A DNA stretch of 64,000 nt from Flavobacteriales bacterium (GCA_002717515.1 PBEC01000011.1:41902-105901), one strand, 5' to 3'. Counted from the stretch's first letter, positions 50,357 through 60,592 are shown. Notes: generated by a model not told the origin, from the letters alone. A program made the numbers and translations.

Positions 50357-51971
50357 ATGAAGAAGAAAACATTAATAATCATAGTGGTTTTTATATTTAG
50401 TTTAGCTCCTTTTGAATTCATTTTTTCGCAAAACCTAAAAACATATGATCTAATATTCTCAGAAATAATGTTTGACCCCACTCCATCGGTATCGTTACCC
50501 GAACTTGAGTTTATCGAAATATACAACAACAGCGATAGTTTAATTAATCTTTCCGAAATATCTTTAACAATTGGTAGTAGATCTTTTGTTCCAGAAAATC
50601 AAATACTAAAACCAGACTCTTTTATTGTCTTTTGGGACGAAGAAATACCAACACTTAAAAATAGTGGTGATTCATTAAAAATCATGTTTGGAAATAATAC
50701 AATTCATAGGCTGGACTATACCCCATCAATGCATACATCAAGCTTTAAACGTAATGGAGGATGGAGCCTTGAATTAATTGATTTTACAAAACCTTGTTTG
50801 ACTGAAAATAATTGGAATTCATCCGAGAACACATTAGGAGGAACTCCTGGAAAATCGAACAGTATCCTTAATGAGTTAAGTCCTTTGCCAATTGAACTAC
50901 TCTCCTATTGTCCCAAAAACGATTCTCTACTCAACATTATTTTTTCTGTTCCAATTGAGTCTCTTGAAATGAATAATGAATATGAATCATTTTATAATCA
51001 AGTTGTTGTAACCATTCCAAAATTAAACTCTAATTCTATCGATTCTCTATTCATTACCAATGCCACAACTTGTTACGAAACAAGACCTTTTGAAACCTTA
51101 ACGTTAAAATATGGTCTTCCTTTAATTCCTGACTCAGGTGATCTTGTAATCAATGAGTTGCTTTTTAATCCCGATGAAGAAGGAAGTGATTTTATTGAAA
51201 TTTTCAATGTTTCAAACAAACCCATTAATATCTCTTCTCTTTATTTCTGTAAAAAAAAACAATGAGAATGAACTTCAAGAACCTTTTAAAATAAGTAAAT
51301 ATCCTATTTTATTGATGCCTAATGAATATTCTGTTCTTTGTCCAAATAAGAGCTGGTTAATGAACACTTTTCCTAAAACAAAAAATATAACCGAATCGAA
51401 TATTCCTGCAATGAATAATGATGAAGGAAAAATTGTTTTATTAACTCATTCCGCAAAAATTATTGACGAAATTCACTATTTTGAGAACTGGCACCATAAC
51501 GAATTAATTCATTATGAAAATGTCAGTTTAGAAAAATTAAGGCCCACTCTGATTAATGTTTCATCCAATTGGTCTTCAGCTTCTTCAGTTGAAAACTATG
51601 CAACTCCAGGTTATGAAAATTCAAATTTCACAGAGTTAAAAAATACAACTCATAATTTTGAACTCAATCATTCTGTATTTACTCCAAACGGAGACGGCTA
51701 TAATGATCATTTAATTCTTCAATACAACTTATCGGATGTCAATTGGATTGGTAAAATTGATGTCGTTAATCATTTTGGAGAAACGATACATAATATGTAT
51801 TCCAATATATTATTTGGTAAAAAAAACTCGATAAACTGGAATGGGAAATTAACTAATAACACAAGTATAAAACCAGGGATATATGCCTTACTAATCAATG
51901 CATACAACACTAAAACTCAAAAAAAAATTAGAAAAAAATTAATTTTTTATGTGAATGGAATACTGGAATAA
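50357..51971 (+). pseudogene. Lamin-tail-domain protein with T9SS type-B (CHU_C) C-terminal domain, split by a +1 frameshift in an A9 tract (51251-51259)
   Basis: Two LTDs (IFSEIMFDP..EFIEIYN; VINELLFNP..DFIEIFN), GGTPG and ATPG motifs, VFTPNGDGYND; removing one A joins 50357..51265 and 51153..51971 into one 537-aa ORF. Confidence 0.8.
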
Positions 51972-52043
51972 TCATGAACCCTTTTCATTTGAGTGATTGA
52001 AAATGTCATTTCAGTATCCTTTTCACTCATCTTGTCAAATTCA

Positions 52044-52076
52044 TTTGGACAAACGAGTGTAATTCTTGTAATTTCG
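52044..52076 (+). promoter_or_regulatory. Orphan Bacteroidota promoter (-33 TTTG, 21-nt spacer, -7 TAATTTCG)
   Basis: TTTG 52044-52047 and TAATTTCG 52069-52076 with no downstream CDS before a terminator. Confidence 0.55.
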
Positions 52077-52079
52077 CCA

Positions 52080-52150
52080 ATGGTAATAAGGTAATTTCTT
52101 ATAGTTAAGGGTTTCGAAGGTCAAGTTTATGCTTGACCTTTTCTTTTTTT
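52080..52150 (+). ncRNA. Candidate ~70 nt small regulatory RNA
   Basis: Promoter, then single-stranded CTTATAGTTAAGGGTTTC, then terminator; no coding capacity beyond 4 codons. Confidence 0.5.
52117..52150 (+). terminator. Intrinsic terminator
   Basis: AAGGTCAAG-TTTATG-CTTGACCTT followed by TTCTTTTTTT. Confidence 0.85.
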
Positions 52151-52168
52151 AGTTTAAAAATCCAATAT

Positions 52169-53695
52169 TTAAGCTTCTTTTAAAATCTCTATTTGCTGAA
52201 CGCTTTCAGTTAATCTTTTTAATGTTTCTGTTTTACCAATTATTTCTGCAATGTTAAACAAAGACGGGCCTCCTCCCAATCCGGTTATGGATAATCTGAG
52301 TGCAATCATCGCCACTCCAAATCCAACCCCATTATTTTCCAGATAATTCTTAAACGCAGCTTCTAAATTAGCAGCCGTAAACTCCGAAACATTTTCGAAA
52401 ACCTGGGAAATCTCCAATACAATTTGTGCAGATTGATTTTTCCATTTTTTCTTTATCATTTTAACATCAAAATCTCTTGGTGATTCAAAGAAATATTGCG
52501 CGGATGAATAAATATCTTTTACAAATGATACTCGTTCCTTCATGTGTTCCGCCACTGAAATTAAATTTACAGGCGTGTCGATTCCTCGTTTTTTTAAATC
52601 AATTCTAACATCAGAAGCTATTTTTTCGTTTGATTTTTGCCATAAATATTGCTGATTGAACCATTTCGCTTTATCTGGATCAAACTTAGCTCCTGATTTT
52701 CCTACTTTTTGAATATCAAATGCCTGTATCAGTTCATTTAGATTAAAAATTTCCTGTTCCGTTCCAGGATTCCAACCCAACATGGCTATAATATTAAGAA
52801 AAGCTTCTGGATAATATCCTTCCTCTCTATATCCTCTTGAAACATCACCTGTTTTGGGGTCTTTCCATTCTAATGGAAAAACAGGAAAACCACCGGCATC
52901 GCCATCTCTCTTACTAAGTTTACCTTTTCCGTTTGGCTTAAGTAACAATGGTAAATGTGCAAATTTTGGTGAGTCCCATTCAAAAGCTTGATACAATGCC
53001 ACATGCAGTGGAGCTGACGGCAACCATTCTTCACCCCTAATAACATGACTAATTTTCATCAAATGATCGTCAACAACATTCGCTAAGTGATAAGTAGGCA
53101 TTCCATCACTTTTATAAATTATTTTATCATCTAATTCCGACGAGTTAAAACTAACCGTCCCTCTTACCATATCGTCAACCAAAATATTTTGATTAGGTTC
53201 CATCTTAAACCGAACCGTATAAGGAATTCCTTGATTCAATAAATTTTGAGTTTCCTCTTTTGAAAATACAATTGAATTTCGGAGGTAATTTCTTGTAGAG
53301 GAATCATATTTAAAAACCTTTTTTTCTCCTTCGGCTTCCAATCTTTTAACATTTAATTCATCGGGAGTATCAAATGCATAATAAGCTTTATCGTTATCGA
53401 TTAATTGTTGCAAATAAGTAACATAAATGTCTTTTCTTTCCGATTGTTTATATGGTCCGTAATCTCCTCCTTTATGAACTCCCTCATCGAAATCAAATCC
53501 ACACCACTGCACACTCTCAATGATATATTTCTCTGCTCCCTCAACAAATCTTGTTTGATCGGTATCCTCTATTCTTAAAATAACATCTCCTCCTAGCTTT
53601 TTAGCAAATAAATAGTTATATAAGGCTGTCCTGATTCCTCCAACATGTTGAGGACCGGTAGGACTTGGTGCATAACGAACTCTAACTTTTGACAT
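52169..53695 (-). CDS. gltX: Glutamate--tRNA ligase
   Basis: RYAPSPTGPQHVGG, RIEDTD, PTYHLANVVDD, IRGEEW, KLSKR. Confidence 0.97.
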   Translation of the reverse strand: MSKVRVRYAPSPTGPQHVGGIRTALYNYLFAKKLGGDVILRIEDTDQTRFVEGAEKYIIESVQWCGFDFDEGVHKGGDYGPYKQSERKDIYVTYLQQLIDNDKAYYAFDTPDELNVKRLEAEGEKKVFKYDSSTRNYLRNSIVFSKEETQNLLNQGIPYTVRFKMEPNQNILVDDMVRGTVSFNSSELDDKIIYKSDGMPTYHLANVVDDHLMKISHVIRGEEWLPSAPLHVALYQAFEWDSPKFAHLPLLLKPNGKGKLSKRDGDAGGFPVFPLEWKDPKTGDVSRGYREEGYYPEAFLNIIAMLGWNPGTEQEIFNLNELIQAFDIQKVGKSGAKFDPDKAKWFNQQYLWQKSNEKIASDVRIDLKKRGIDTPVNLISVAEHMKERVSFVKDIYSSAQYFFESPRDFDVKMIKKKWKNQSAQIVLEISQVFENVSEFTAANLEAAFKNYLENNGVGFGVAMIALRLSITGLGGGPSLFNIAEIIGKTETLKRLTESVQQIEILKEA

Positions 53696-53713
53696 ATATT
53701 TATTTTTAAATCA

Positions 53714-53721
53714 CAAATATA
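53714..53721 (-). promoter_or_regulatory. -7 element TATATTTG for gltX
   Basis: TAnnTTTG 18 nt upstream of the start. Confidence 0.6.
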
Positions 53722-53849
53722 ACGCTAAGTGATGGATTGATATATTAATGCTTTATAACAAATGATTAACTAAATTTGAAATATAAATCTGTTTTGATTA
53801 ACAATAAGATAAAAAACATGAAGTTATAATTAGTTGATAAAATTTTATT

Positions 53850-54467
53850 ATGAAAAAATTACTCTTTTTATTCTTAGTCTCTATTTCATTAGAAAACTTC
53901 TCTCAAGAAGACGAAGGTGTTACTTATGCTAAATATTCAGGCTGGAGCATGGAGGCTTTTATTACCGGTCAGTTTAGTGAACAACCTGGAAGCGATATTA
54001 TTTTACCATTCTATGGAATTGGTCTTTATCCCAGGTATAATCATAGCCTTGTTGACTATTTTTCAGTAGCAATAGGAACACCAATTAATGGAGGGGTTGA
54101 TGCTCAAGGTTCTTCAATAGGATCTTATTTTCAATTTTTTGCTGATGTACCAATTGAACTTTCTCTAAATTTTGGATCTAAAGCAACTAAAGATGCAGAC
54201 TATTTTTTTGGTGCCTATATTGGAGGAGGTCTGGATTATAATTACTCTGTTTTTTCTAACTCATTTGGTTACAAAGTTAATTCTCATTCTTTTGGACCAA
54301 TGATCAGCGCAGGAATTAGATACATGTACTTAGGTAGGCCTTTAGGAATAAGGGTCAGCTATATGTCAGGCATAGTTAATAATTTCAAAGAAGATCCTTA
54401 TATTATATACAGTAACAGCACAAATCCTAAAATTCTTACTTTAAGCTTAGCTTATAGTGTACAGTAA
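53850..54467 (+). CDS. Hypothetical outer-membrane beta-barrel-like protein
   Basis: Signal peptide, alternating aromatic/Gly beta strands (FFGAYIGGGLDYNY, GIRYMY, LSLAYSV). Confidence 0.6.
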   Translation: MKKLLFLFLVSISLENFSQEDEGVTYAKYSGWSMEAFITGQFSEQPGSDIILPFYGIGLYPRYNHSLVDYFSVAIGTPINGGVDAQGSSIGSYFQFFADVPIELSLNFGSKATKDADYFFGAYIGGGLDYNYSVFSNSFGYKVNSHSFGPMISAGIRYMYLGRPLGIRVSYMSGIVNNFKEDPYIIYSNSTNPKILTLSLAYSVQ

Positions 54468-57400
54468 ATTAAACAATATAAACAGAAATAAAATTCATGA
54501 TAAACTTAAATTGTTTATCAAAAAGTATTATTTAAAAAAATTATTTAAAGGGGGAATCATTACCATTTCATTAGGGCTCTCTCTTCTCCTTGTTTTTGCA
54601 GTATCAGAATACTTTTTTCACTTCAATTCGTTATCGAGATTATTTCTTTTTTTATCGTTTAGTTCAATCTTGACTTTTGCTTTTATCCGCTTTTTTATTT
54701 CACCTTTATTAAAAGTTTATGGTGTTACGAAATCCATTTCAAATTATGAAGCCTCGAAAATTATTGGAAAATACTTTCCAGAAATCCAGGATCGACTCAC
54801 AAATTTGTTACAACTTGAAAATGAAAATGAAAATAATGCCCTAGTTCTGGCAAGCATAAATCAAAAGGCTGAAAAAATTGCCCCTTTTGAATTTAAGGAT
54901 GCTGTTTCATTTCATGAAGTTTTTAAGTTTGGAAAATGGGCCTTAATTCCAATATTAATCGCAATATTTATCTCCAGTTGGAACCCAAATATTCTCTCCA
55001 ATGGAACAAAGCGAATAGTTCAATTTAACAAAAACTTTGCCCCAGAAAATCCATTTAAATTTAAAATAACAAATGAAAATTTATCTGTAATTCGATACAA
55101 CGATTTTAAACTTCAAATTGAATTCACGAACGATGAAGTACCTAATGATGTTTATTTGACTGACGGAGAAAATAAATTCCGATTCATAAAAAAGAGAGCT
55201 TCTATTTTCGAATACGAATTCAGAAATGTTCAAAAAACAATTGATTTTCAGATAAAAACAGGTGAATTTCTCAGTCCATGGTATAAACTTTCACTTATTG
55301 AAAAACCTGTTATTAATCAACTATCACTTAAATTAAATTTTCCGAGTTATACACAAAAGAGTAACGAAGAAGTAAAAAATAGTGGAGATATTATTGTTCC
55401 GGAAGGCACTGAAATCACATGGAAAATTAAATCGAGTTTCGTGAATAAAATTCATTTCGTAACTCAAGATTCAATTGTTTATATCCCTTCCTCAAATAAT
55501 CAAAACGAATATAAAACAAAAGTATATAAAGATTTAAGTTACAGTGTAATTCCTGAAGGTTCCAATGCTATTTTAGGAAACAAAATGAATTATAAAATAA
55601 AAGTCGTTCAAGATGAATATCCCAGAATTAAAGTAAAGGCTATTCATGACTCGATAAATCCTTTGATGATATTTCACTCTGGAATAATAGCAGACGACTA
55701 CGGATTTAAAAAACTAACATTCAATTTCAACAATAAAGACACATCGGGTATAAGGACAATATCCATACCCAGAAACACCTTTCAACATCAATTTAATTAC
55801 GGATTAAACATAAAGGACTTAGGTTTTGAAATAGGGGATGAATTCTCTTACTATTTTGAAGTTTTTGACAACGATGGTGTTAATGGATCAAAATCTGTAA
55901 AAAGTCAAACAGAAGCTTTTAAAGCTCCTTCAAAAAAAGAAATTGAGAATCTTTTAGCCGAAAACAAAGAATCCATTAAGGATAGATTAAGAGAAAACAT
56001 GATTGAAGCTCAAAATCTTCAAAAAGAATTCCAGGCTATTCAAAAAATGATGCTCGAAAAACAAAAAATGGATTGGCAGGATAAAGCCCGCATCCAACAA
56101 TTTTTAGGACATCAAAGAAATTTCGAAAACAACATTGAAAAGCTACAATTTGAAAATGAAAAAAATAATTTTCAAAAAGAACAACTTTCTCCTCAAGAAG
56201 AAAATCTGATAAGAAAACAAGAACAAATAAATGAGTTATTCGATCAATTGATGAATGATGATATGAAAAAACTATATGATGAACTCGAAAAGCTGCTCGA
56301 TGAGTTAAATGAAGACAAAACAAAAGAAACTATTGAGGAAATTAATTTGAGTAACGAAGAGCTTGAGAAAGAACTCGATAGAACATTAGAAATGTTTAAA
56401 CAAATGGAGTTTGATGAAAAATTAGAAAAAGTAATAAATGATCTTAAAGATTTAAGTAAAAAACAAAATGAACTCGGCGAAGAATCAAAAGAAAATAAAG
56501 AAATTTCAAATAAAGAACTTCAAGAAAAACAAGAGGAATTAAACAAAAAATTCAAAGATCTCCAGGAGGAAATCCAAGATTTAAATCAAAAAAATGATGA
56601 ACTTGAAAACAAAAGGAATCTTGAAAACACAATCGATCAACAAAATGAAATAAATAATGACCAGCAAAAAAGTTCTGAAGAACTGGGGAAAAACAATAAA
56701 AATAAAGCGAATAAAAGTCAAAAAAAAGCAGCTGAAAACATGAAAAAATTAGCTGACCAAATGGAGCAAATGCAACAACAGATGCAACAACAAGGACAAA
56801 TGGAAGATATTAATAGTTTAAGGCAAATTCTTGAAAATTTAATATCATTATCCGTTGAGCAAGAAGACTTAATGCAAAATATAAAAAAGATAAACCGTTT
56901 TGACCCTCAGTTTGCTGCTTTAGCAACAAAACAAGGTAACTTAAAAGAAAGTGCTAAATTGATTGAAGATTCCCTTCTAGCGCTATCGAAAAGACAAATA
57001 GCGCTGAAATCTATTATAAACAAAGAGATCATAGACATTAAATACAACATGGACAAATCAATAGATTTATTAAGAGAAAGAAAAAATTATCAATCAGCGG
57101 TTAAACAACAATATGTTATGACTTCTGCAAATAATCTTGCTTTATTGTTGGATGAATCTTTGCAACAAATGCAAGCGCAAATGCAAAACAACATGGTTGG
57201 AAGTGGTTCATGTTCTAAACCAGGAGGGTCAAGTCCGAAATCAGGAATGCCGGATATTAAACAAATGCAAAAACAATTATCTGAGCAAATGAAAAAAATG
57301 ATGAAAGAATTACAAGGTGGCAATATGCCTGGTAATCAAGGTAATAAAAAAAATAAAGGTCTGGCAAAAGATTTGGCCAAAATGTCTGCTCAACAAAATG

Positions 57401-57786
57401 CCATTAAAGAAAAACTCAAAAAATTACACGAGCAGCAAAAAAAACAAGGAAATAATGGATTAGGCGATATGAAAAATCTTTTGAAAGATCTTGAAAATAA
57501 TGAATTCGATCTGTTGAATAAAAACATTACTCGTGAAACAATTCTCAGACAAGAAAAAATAATGAATAAATTATTAAAAGCCGAGAATGCAATGAGGGAA
57601 AGGGAATTAGAAGAAAAAAGAAAGTCAAACAAAGGTAAAAGTGATTTTTATCGTAACCCTCAAGATTTTACCCCGTACAAAAGTTTCGAATTGAAGGAAC
57701 AAGAAGAGTTAAAGACTATTCCGTCATCTTTTAATTTGTATTATAAGCGTAGAATAAGCGAATATTTTAATATTTTTGACGAATAA
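54457..57786 (+). CDS. DUF4175-like membrane-anchored long coiled-coil protein
   Basis: Three N-terminal TMs, DRLTNLLQL, DDYG, EVFDNDGVNG, long Q/E/K coiled coil, YYKRRISEYF C-terminus. Confidence 0.8.
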   Translation: MYSKLNNINRNKIHDKLKLFIKKYYLKKLFKGGIITISLGLSLLLVFAVSEYFFHFNSLSRLFLFLSFSSILTFAFIRFFISPLLKVYGVTKSISNYEASKIIGKYFPEIQDRLTNLLQLENENENNALVLASINQKAEKIAPFEFKDAVSFHEVFKFGKWALIPILIAIFISSWNPNILSNGTKRIVQFNKNFAPENPFKFKITNENLSVIRYNDFKLQIEFTNDEVPNDVYLTDGENKFRFIKKRASIFEYEFRNVQKTIDFQIKTGEFLSPWYKLSLIEKPVINQLSLKLNFPSYTQKSNEEVKNSGDIIVPEGTEITWKIKSSFVNKIHFVTQDSIVYIPSSNNQNEYKTKVYKDLSYSVIPEGSNAILGNKMNYKIKVVQDEYPRIKVKAIHDSINPLMIFHSGIIADDYGFKKLTFNFNNKDTSGIRTISIPRNTFQHQFNYGLNIKDLGFEIGDEFSYYFEVFDNDGVNGSKSVKSQTEAFKAPSKKEIENLLAENKESIKDRLRENMIEAQNLQKEFQAIQKMMLEKQKMDWQDKARIQQFLGHQRNFENNIEKLQFENEKNNFQKEQLSPQEENLIRKQEQINELFDQLMNDDMKKLYDELEKLLDELNEDKTKETIEEINLSNEELEKELDRTLEMFKQMEFDEKLEKVINDLKDLSKKQNELGEESKENKEISNKELQEKQEELNKKFKDLQEEIQDLNQKNDELENKRNLENTIDQQNEINNDQQKSSEELGKNNKNKANKSQKKAAENMKKLADQMEQMQQQMQQQGQMEDINSLRQILENLISLSVEQEDLMQNIKKINRFDPQFAALATKQGNLKESAKLIEDSLLALSKRQIALKSIINKEIIDIKYNMDKSIDLLRERKNYQSAVKQQYVMTSANNLALLLDESLQQMQAQMQNNMVGSGSCSKPGGSSPKSGMPDIKQMQKQLSEQMKKMMKELQGGNMPGNQGNKKNKGLAKDLAKMSAQQNAIKEKLKKLHEQQKKQGNNGLGDMKNLLKDLENNEFDLLNKNITRETILRQEKIMNKLLKAENAMRERELEEKRKSNKGKSDFYRNPQDFTPYKSFELKEQEELKTIPSSFNLYYKRRISEYFNIFDE

Positions 57787-57796
57787 CCAAAAAAAA

Positions 57797-58240
57797 ATGG
57801 AACAACAATTATCTTTTCCATCAAAGGCTGAAAACCTAAATCAGGTAGAAATTTTAATTAACGATCTTTGCAAAAAATTTGAAGTAAGTGAAGATTATTA
57901 TGGCAACATATTAATTGCTTTAACTGAAGCCGTTAATAATGCTATTCACCATGGAAATAAATCTAATCCAAATAAAGAAGTAAAAATCATTTTTAATGCG
58001 GATGGTTCCGTATTAAAATTTACTATTAAAGATGATGGTCCAGGTTTTGATTTTGATAATCTTCCTGATCCAACAGATCCTCAAAATATTGAAAAACCCC
58101 ATGGAAGAGGAGTTTTTTTAATGAGAAATTTAGCAGACGAAATAGAATTTTCAGATGATGGTTCAACAGTAATAATGAGTTTTAATTTACAAAATGAATT
58201 ATTACAAGAAGTTCAAAAAGAAAAAGAAGAAGAAGCTTAA
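57797..58240 (+). CDS. RsbW-like anti-sigma factor / HATPase_c ATP-binding protein
   Basis: ALTEAVNNAIHHGN (N box), DDGPGFD (G1), GRGVFLM (G2). Confidence 0.88.
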   Translation: MEQQLSFPSKAENLNQVEILINDLCKKFEVSEDYYGNILIALTEAVNNAIHHGNKSNPNKEVKIIFNADGSVLKFTIKDDGPGFDFDNLPDPTDPQNIEKPHGRGVFLMRNLADEIEFSDDGSTVIMSFNLQNELLQEVQKEKEEEA

Positions 58241-58671
58241 TGGATATTAGTAGTGAATTTAATTTTCACAGTGAAAACATTTCATTCGAAATCAAGAAAA
58301 AGCCGGCAATAATTAGCTGGCTTTCTTATGCAATAAAAAATGAAAATAAAATCCCTGGAGAAATATCTTTAATCTTTTGTTCTGACGATTATTTGCATAA
58401 GCTTAACATAAAACATTTAAATCACGATACGTTAACTGACATTATAACCTTTGATTACTGTGAAAATGAAATTGTACATGGAGATTTATTCATCAGTATT
58501 GATCGTGTAAAAGCAAACGCTGAATTATTTTTAACTTCGTTAGATAATGAATTACATAGAGTTATGATTCATGGAGTGATGCATTTATGCGGATATAAAG
58601 ATAAAACTACTGAGGACCAAAAAGTTATGAGCGCGAAAGAAGATTTTTACCTAAATTTGCGCGACTTTTAA
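58240..58671 (+). CDS. ybeY: rRNA maturation endoribonuclease YbeY
   Basis: TDIITFDY, GDLFIS, HGVMHLCGYKD. Confidence 0.95.
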   Translation: MDISSEFNFHSENISFEIKKKPAIISWLSYAIKNENKIPGEISLIFCSDDYLHKLNIKHLNHDTLTDIITFDYCENEIVHGDLFISIDRVKANAELFLTSLDNELHRVMIHGVMHLCGYKDKTTEDQKVMSAKEDFYLNLRDF

Positions 58672-58688
58672 TGTTTGATTGAGTACTT

Positions 58689-60560
58689 ATGGGATTTTTT
58701 AAAGAATATGAAGTTATTGTTGTGGGAGCTGGTCATGCTGGCTGTGAGGCTGCATATGCAGCAGGAAAGATGGGTAGTAAAACTCTTCTTATAACTTTAA
58801 ATATGAATAATATAGCTCAAATGAGCTGTAATCCAGCCGTTGGAGGTATTGCAAAAGGTCAAATTGTTAGAGAAATCGATGCACTAGGTGGAATGATGGG
58901 GATTGTTACCGATGAAACAATGATTCAATCCAAAATGCTAAACAGAAGTAAAGGTCCTGCAATGTGGAGTCCAAGAGCGCAATCGGACAGAATGATGTTT
59001 TCGAATTCATGGAGATTAAAATTAGAACAAAATTCAAACGTAGATTTTTGGCAAGACATGGTTACCGATGTTATAGTTAAAAATGATAAAATAAAAGGTG
59101 TTAGAACGCAATTAGGTCTTGAATTTGGAGCGAACTCTGTTATTTTAACCAACGGGACCTTTTTAAATGGAAAAATCCATATAGGAGAAAAAAACTTTGG
59201 TGGAGGACGAGCTGCTGAAAGAGCATCAATTGGATTAACAGCATCTTTAGAGAACTTTGGTTTTGAGAGTGGTAGAATGAAAACAGGAACTCCTCCAAGA
59301 GTTGATGCAAGGTCGCTTGATTTTTCAAAAATGGAAGAACAACCAGGTGATAAAAACCCTCCAACATTCTCATATACAAAAACTAAACCTCTAAAAAAAC
59401 AAAGGAGTTGTTGGTTAACATATACAAACACCGAAGTTCATGATATACTAAAAACTGGTTTTGAAAAATCACCTATGTTCTCAGGTAGAATTCAAGGACT
59501 AGGTCCAAGATATTGTCCTTCAATAGAAGATAAAATTGATCGTTTTTCACAAAGAGATCGTCATCAAATTTTTGTCGAACCTGAAGGTTGGAATACAGTA
59601 GAAGTATATGTTAATGGTTTTTCAACCTCTTTACCAGAGGACGTACAATACAAAGCTCTGCAAAAAATAGTAGGATTTGAAAATGCGAAAATGTTTCGTC
59701 CTGGCTATGCTATTGAATACGACTTTTTCCCACCTACTCAATTGACTCACACACTTGAAACAAAAAAAGTTGAAGGTTTATTTTTTGCAGGACAAATTAA
59801 TGGGACAACAGGATACGAAGAAGCCGGAGCACAAGGAATTATAGCAGGGATAAATGCTCATATTAAAGTACACAATTCAACCAAAAAATTCATATTGGGT
59901 AGAGATCAGGCCTATATAGGTGTTTTGATAGATGATTTAATTACAAAGGGAACAGATGAACCATATAGAATGTTTACTTCTAGAGCTGAATATAGAATCT
60001 TATTAAGACAAGATAATGCTGACGAAAGACTTACTAAACTCGGTTATGACATTGGTTTAGCAGAAAAATACAGACTTGAAAAAGTAAAAGAAAAACATAT
60101 AAGTGTCAAAAATATTATTAATGATTTTAAAAAAACAAGTATACAACCTGATTTAATCAATAGTGTTTTAAAGGAAAAAAATAGTTCGGAAATAAAACAA
60201 AAAACGAAGGCTTACAACATAGTACTAAGACCTCAAATATCAATTATTGATTTACAAATAGATCCACACATAGAAAATATTATTAAAAACCAATCGCAAG
60301 AAGTCATTGAACAAGCAGAAATCTTAATGAAATATGATGGATATATTTCAAAAGAAAAAGAGATGGTTAATAAATTAAAGAAGATTGATTCAATAAAAAT
60401 TAAACCCGACTTTAATTACAGTTTAATTAAAACTCTTTCTGCTGAAGCTGTTCAGAAATTAACAAAAATCAAACCTACTAATTTAGGTCAAGCAAGTAGA
60501 GTATCAGGTGTAAGCCCCTCAGATATATCAAATTTGATGATTTATTTAGATAAAAATTAA
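58689..60560 (+). CDS. mnmG: tRNA uridine-5-carboxymethylaminomethyl synthesis enzyme MnmG (GidA)
   Basis: VGAGHAGCEAA, MSCNPAVGG, KTGTPPR, GPRYCPSIEDK, AGQINGTTGYEEA, YRMFTSRAEYR. Confidence 0.98.
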   Translation: MGFFKEYEVIVVGAGHAGCEAAYAAGKMGSKTLLITLNMNNIAQMSCNPAVGGIAKGQIVREIDALGGMMGIVTDETMIQSKMLNRSKGPAMWSPRAQSDRMMFSNSWRLKLEQNSNVDFWQDMVTDVIVKNDKIKGVRTQLGLEFGANSVILTNGTFLNGKIHIGEKNFGGGRAAERASIGLTASLENFGFESGRMKTGTPPRVDARSLDFSKMEEQPGDKNPPTFSYTKTKPLKKQRSCWLTYTNTEVHDILKTGFEKSPMFSGRIQGLGPRYCPSIEDKIDRFSQRDRHQIFVEPEGWNTVEVYVNGFSTSLPEDVQYKALQKIVGFENAKMFRPGYAIEYDFFPPTQLTHTLETKKVEGLFFAGQINGTTGYEEAGAQGIIAGINAHIKVHNSTKKFILGRDQAYIGVLIDDLITKGTDEPYRMFTSRAEYRILLRQDNADERLTKLGYDIGLAEKYRLEKVKEKHISVKNIINDFKKTSIQPDLINSVLKEKNSSEIKQKTKAYNIVLRPQISIIDLQIDPHIENIIKNQSQEVIEQAEILMKYDGYISKEKEMVNKLKKIDSIKIKPDFNYSLIKTLSAEAVQKLTKIKPTNLGQASRVSGVSPSDISNLMIYLDKN

Positions 60561-60561
60561 T

Positions 60562-60577
60562 TGTTCCACGTGGAACA
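60562..60577. promoter_or_regulatory. parS: parS centromere-like site (ParB binding)
   Basis: Perfect palindrome TGTTCCACGTGGAACA matching the canonical parS consensus, directly after the mnmG stop. Confidence 0.9.
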
Positions 60578-60592
60578 TTAAAAAAAAGACCA

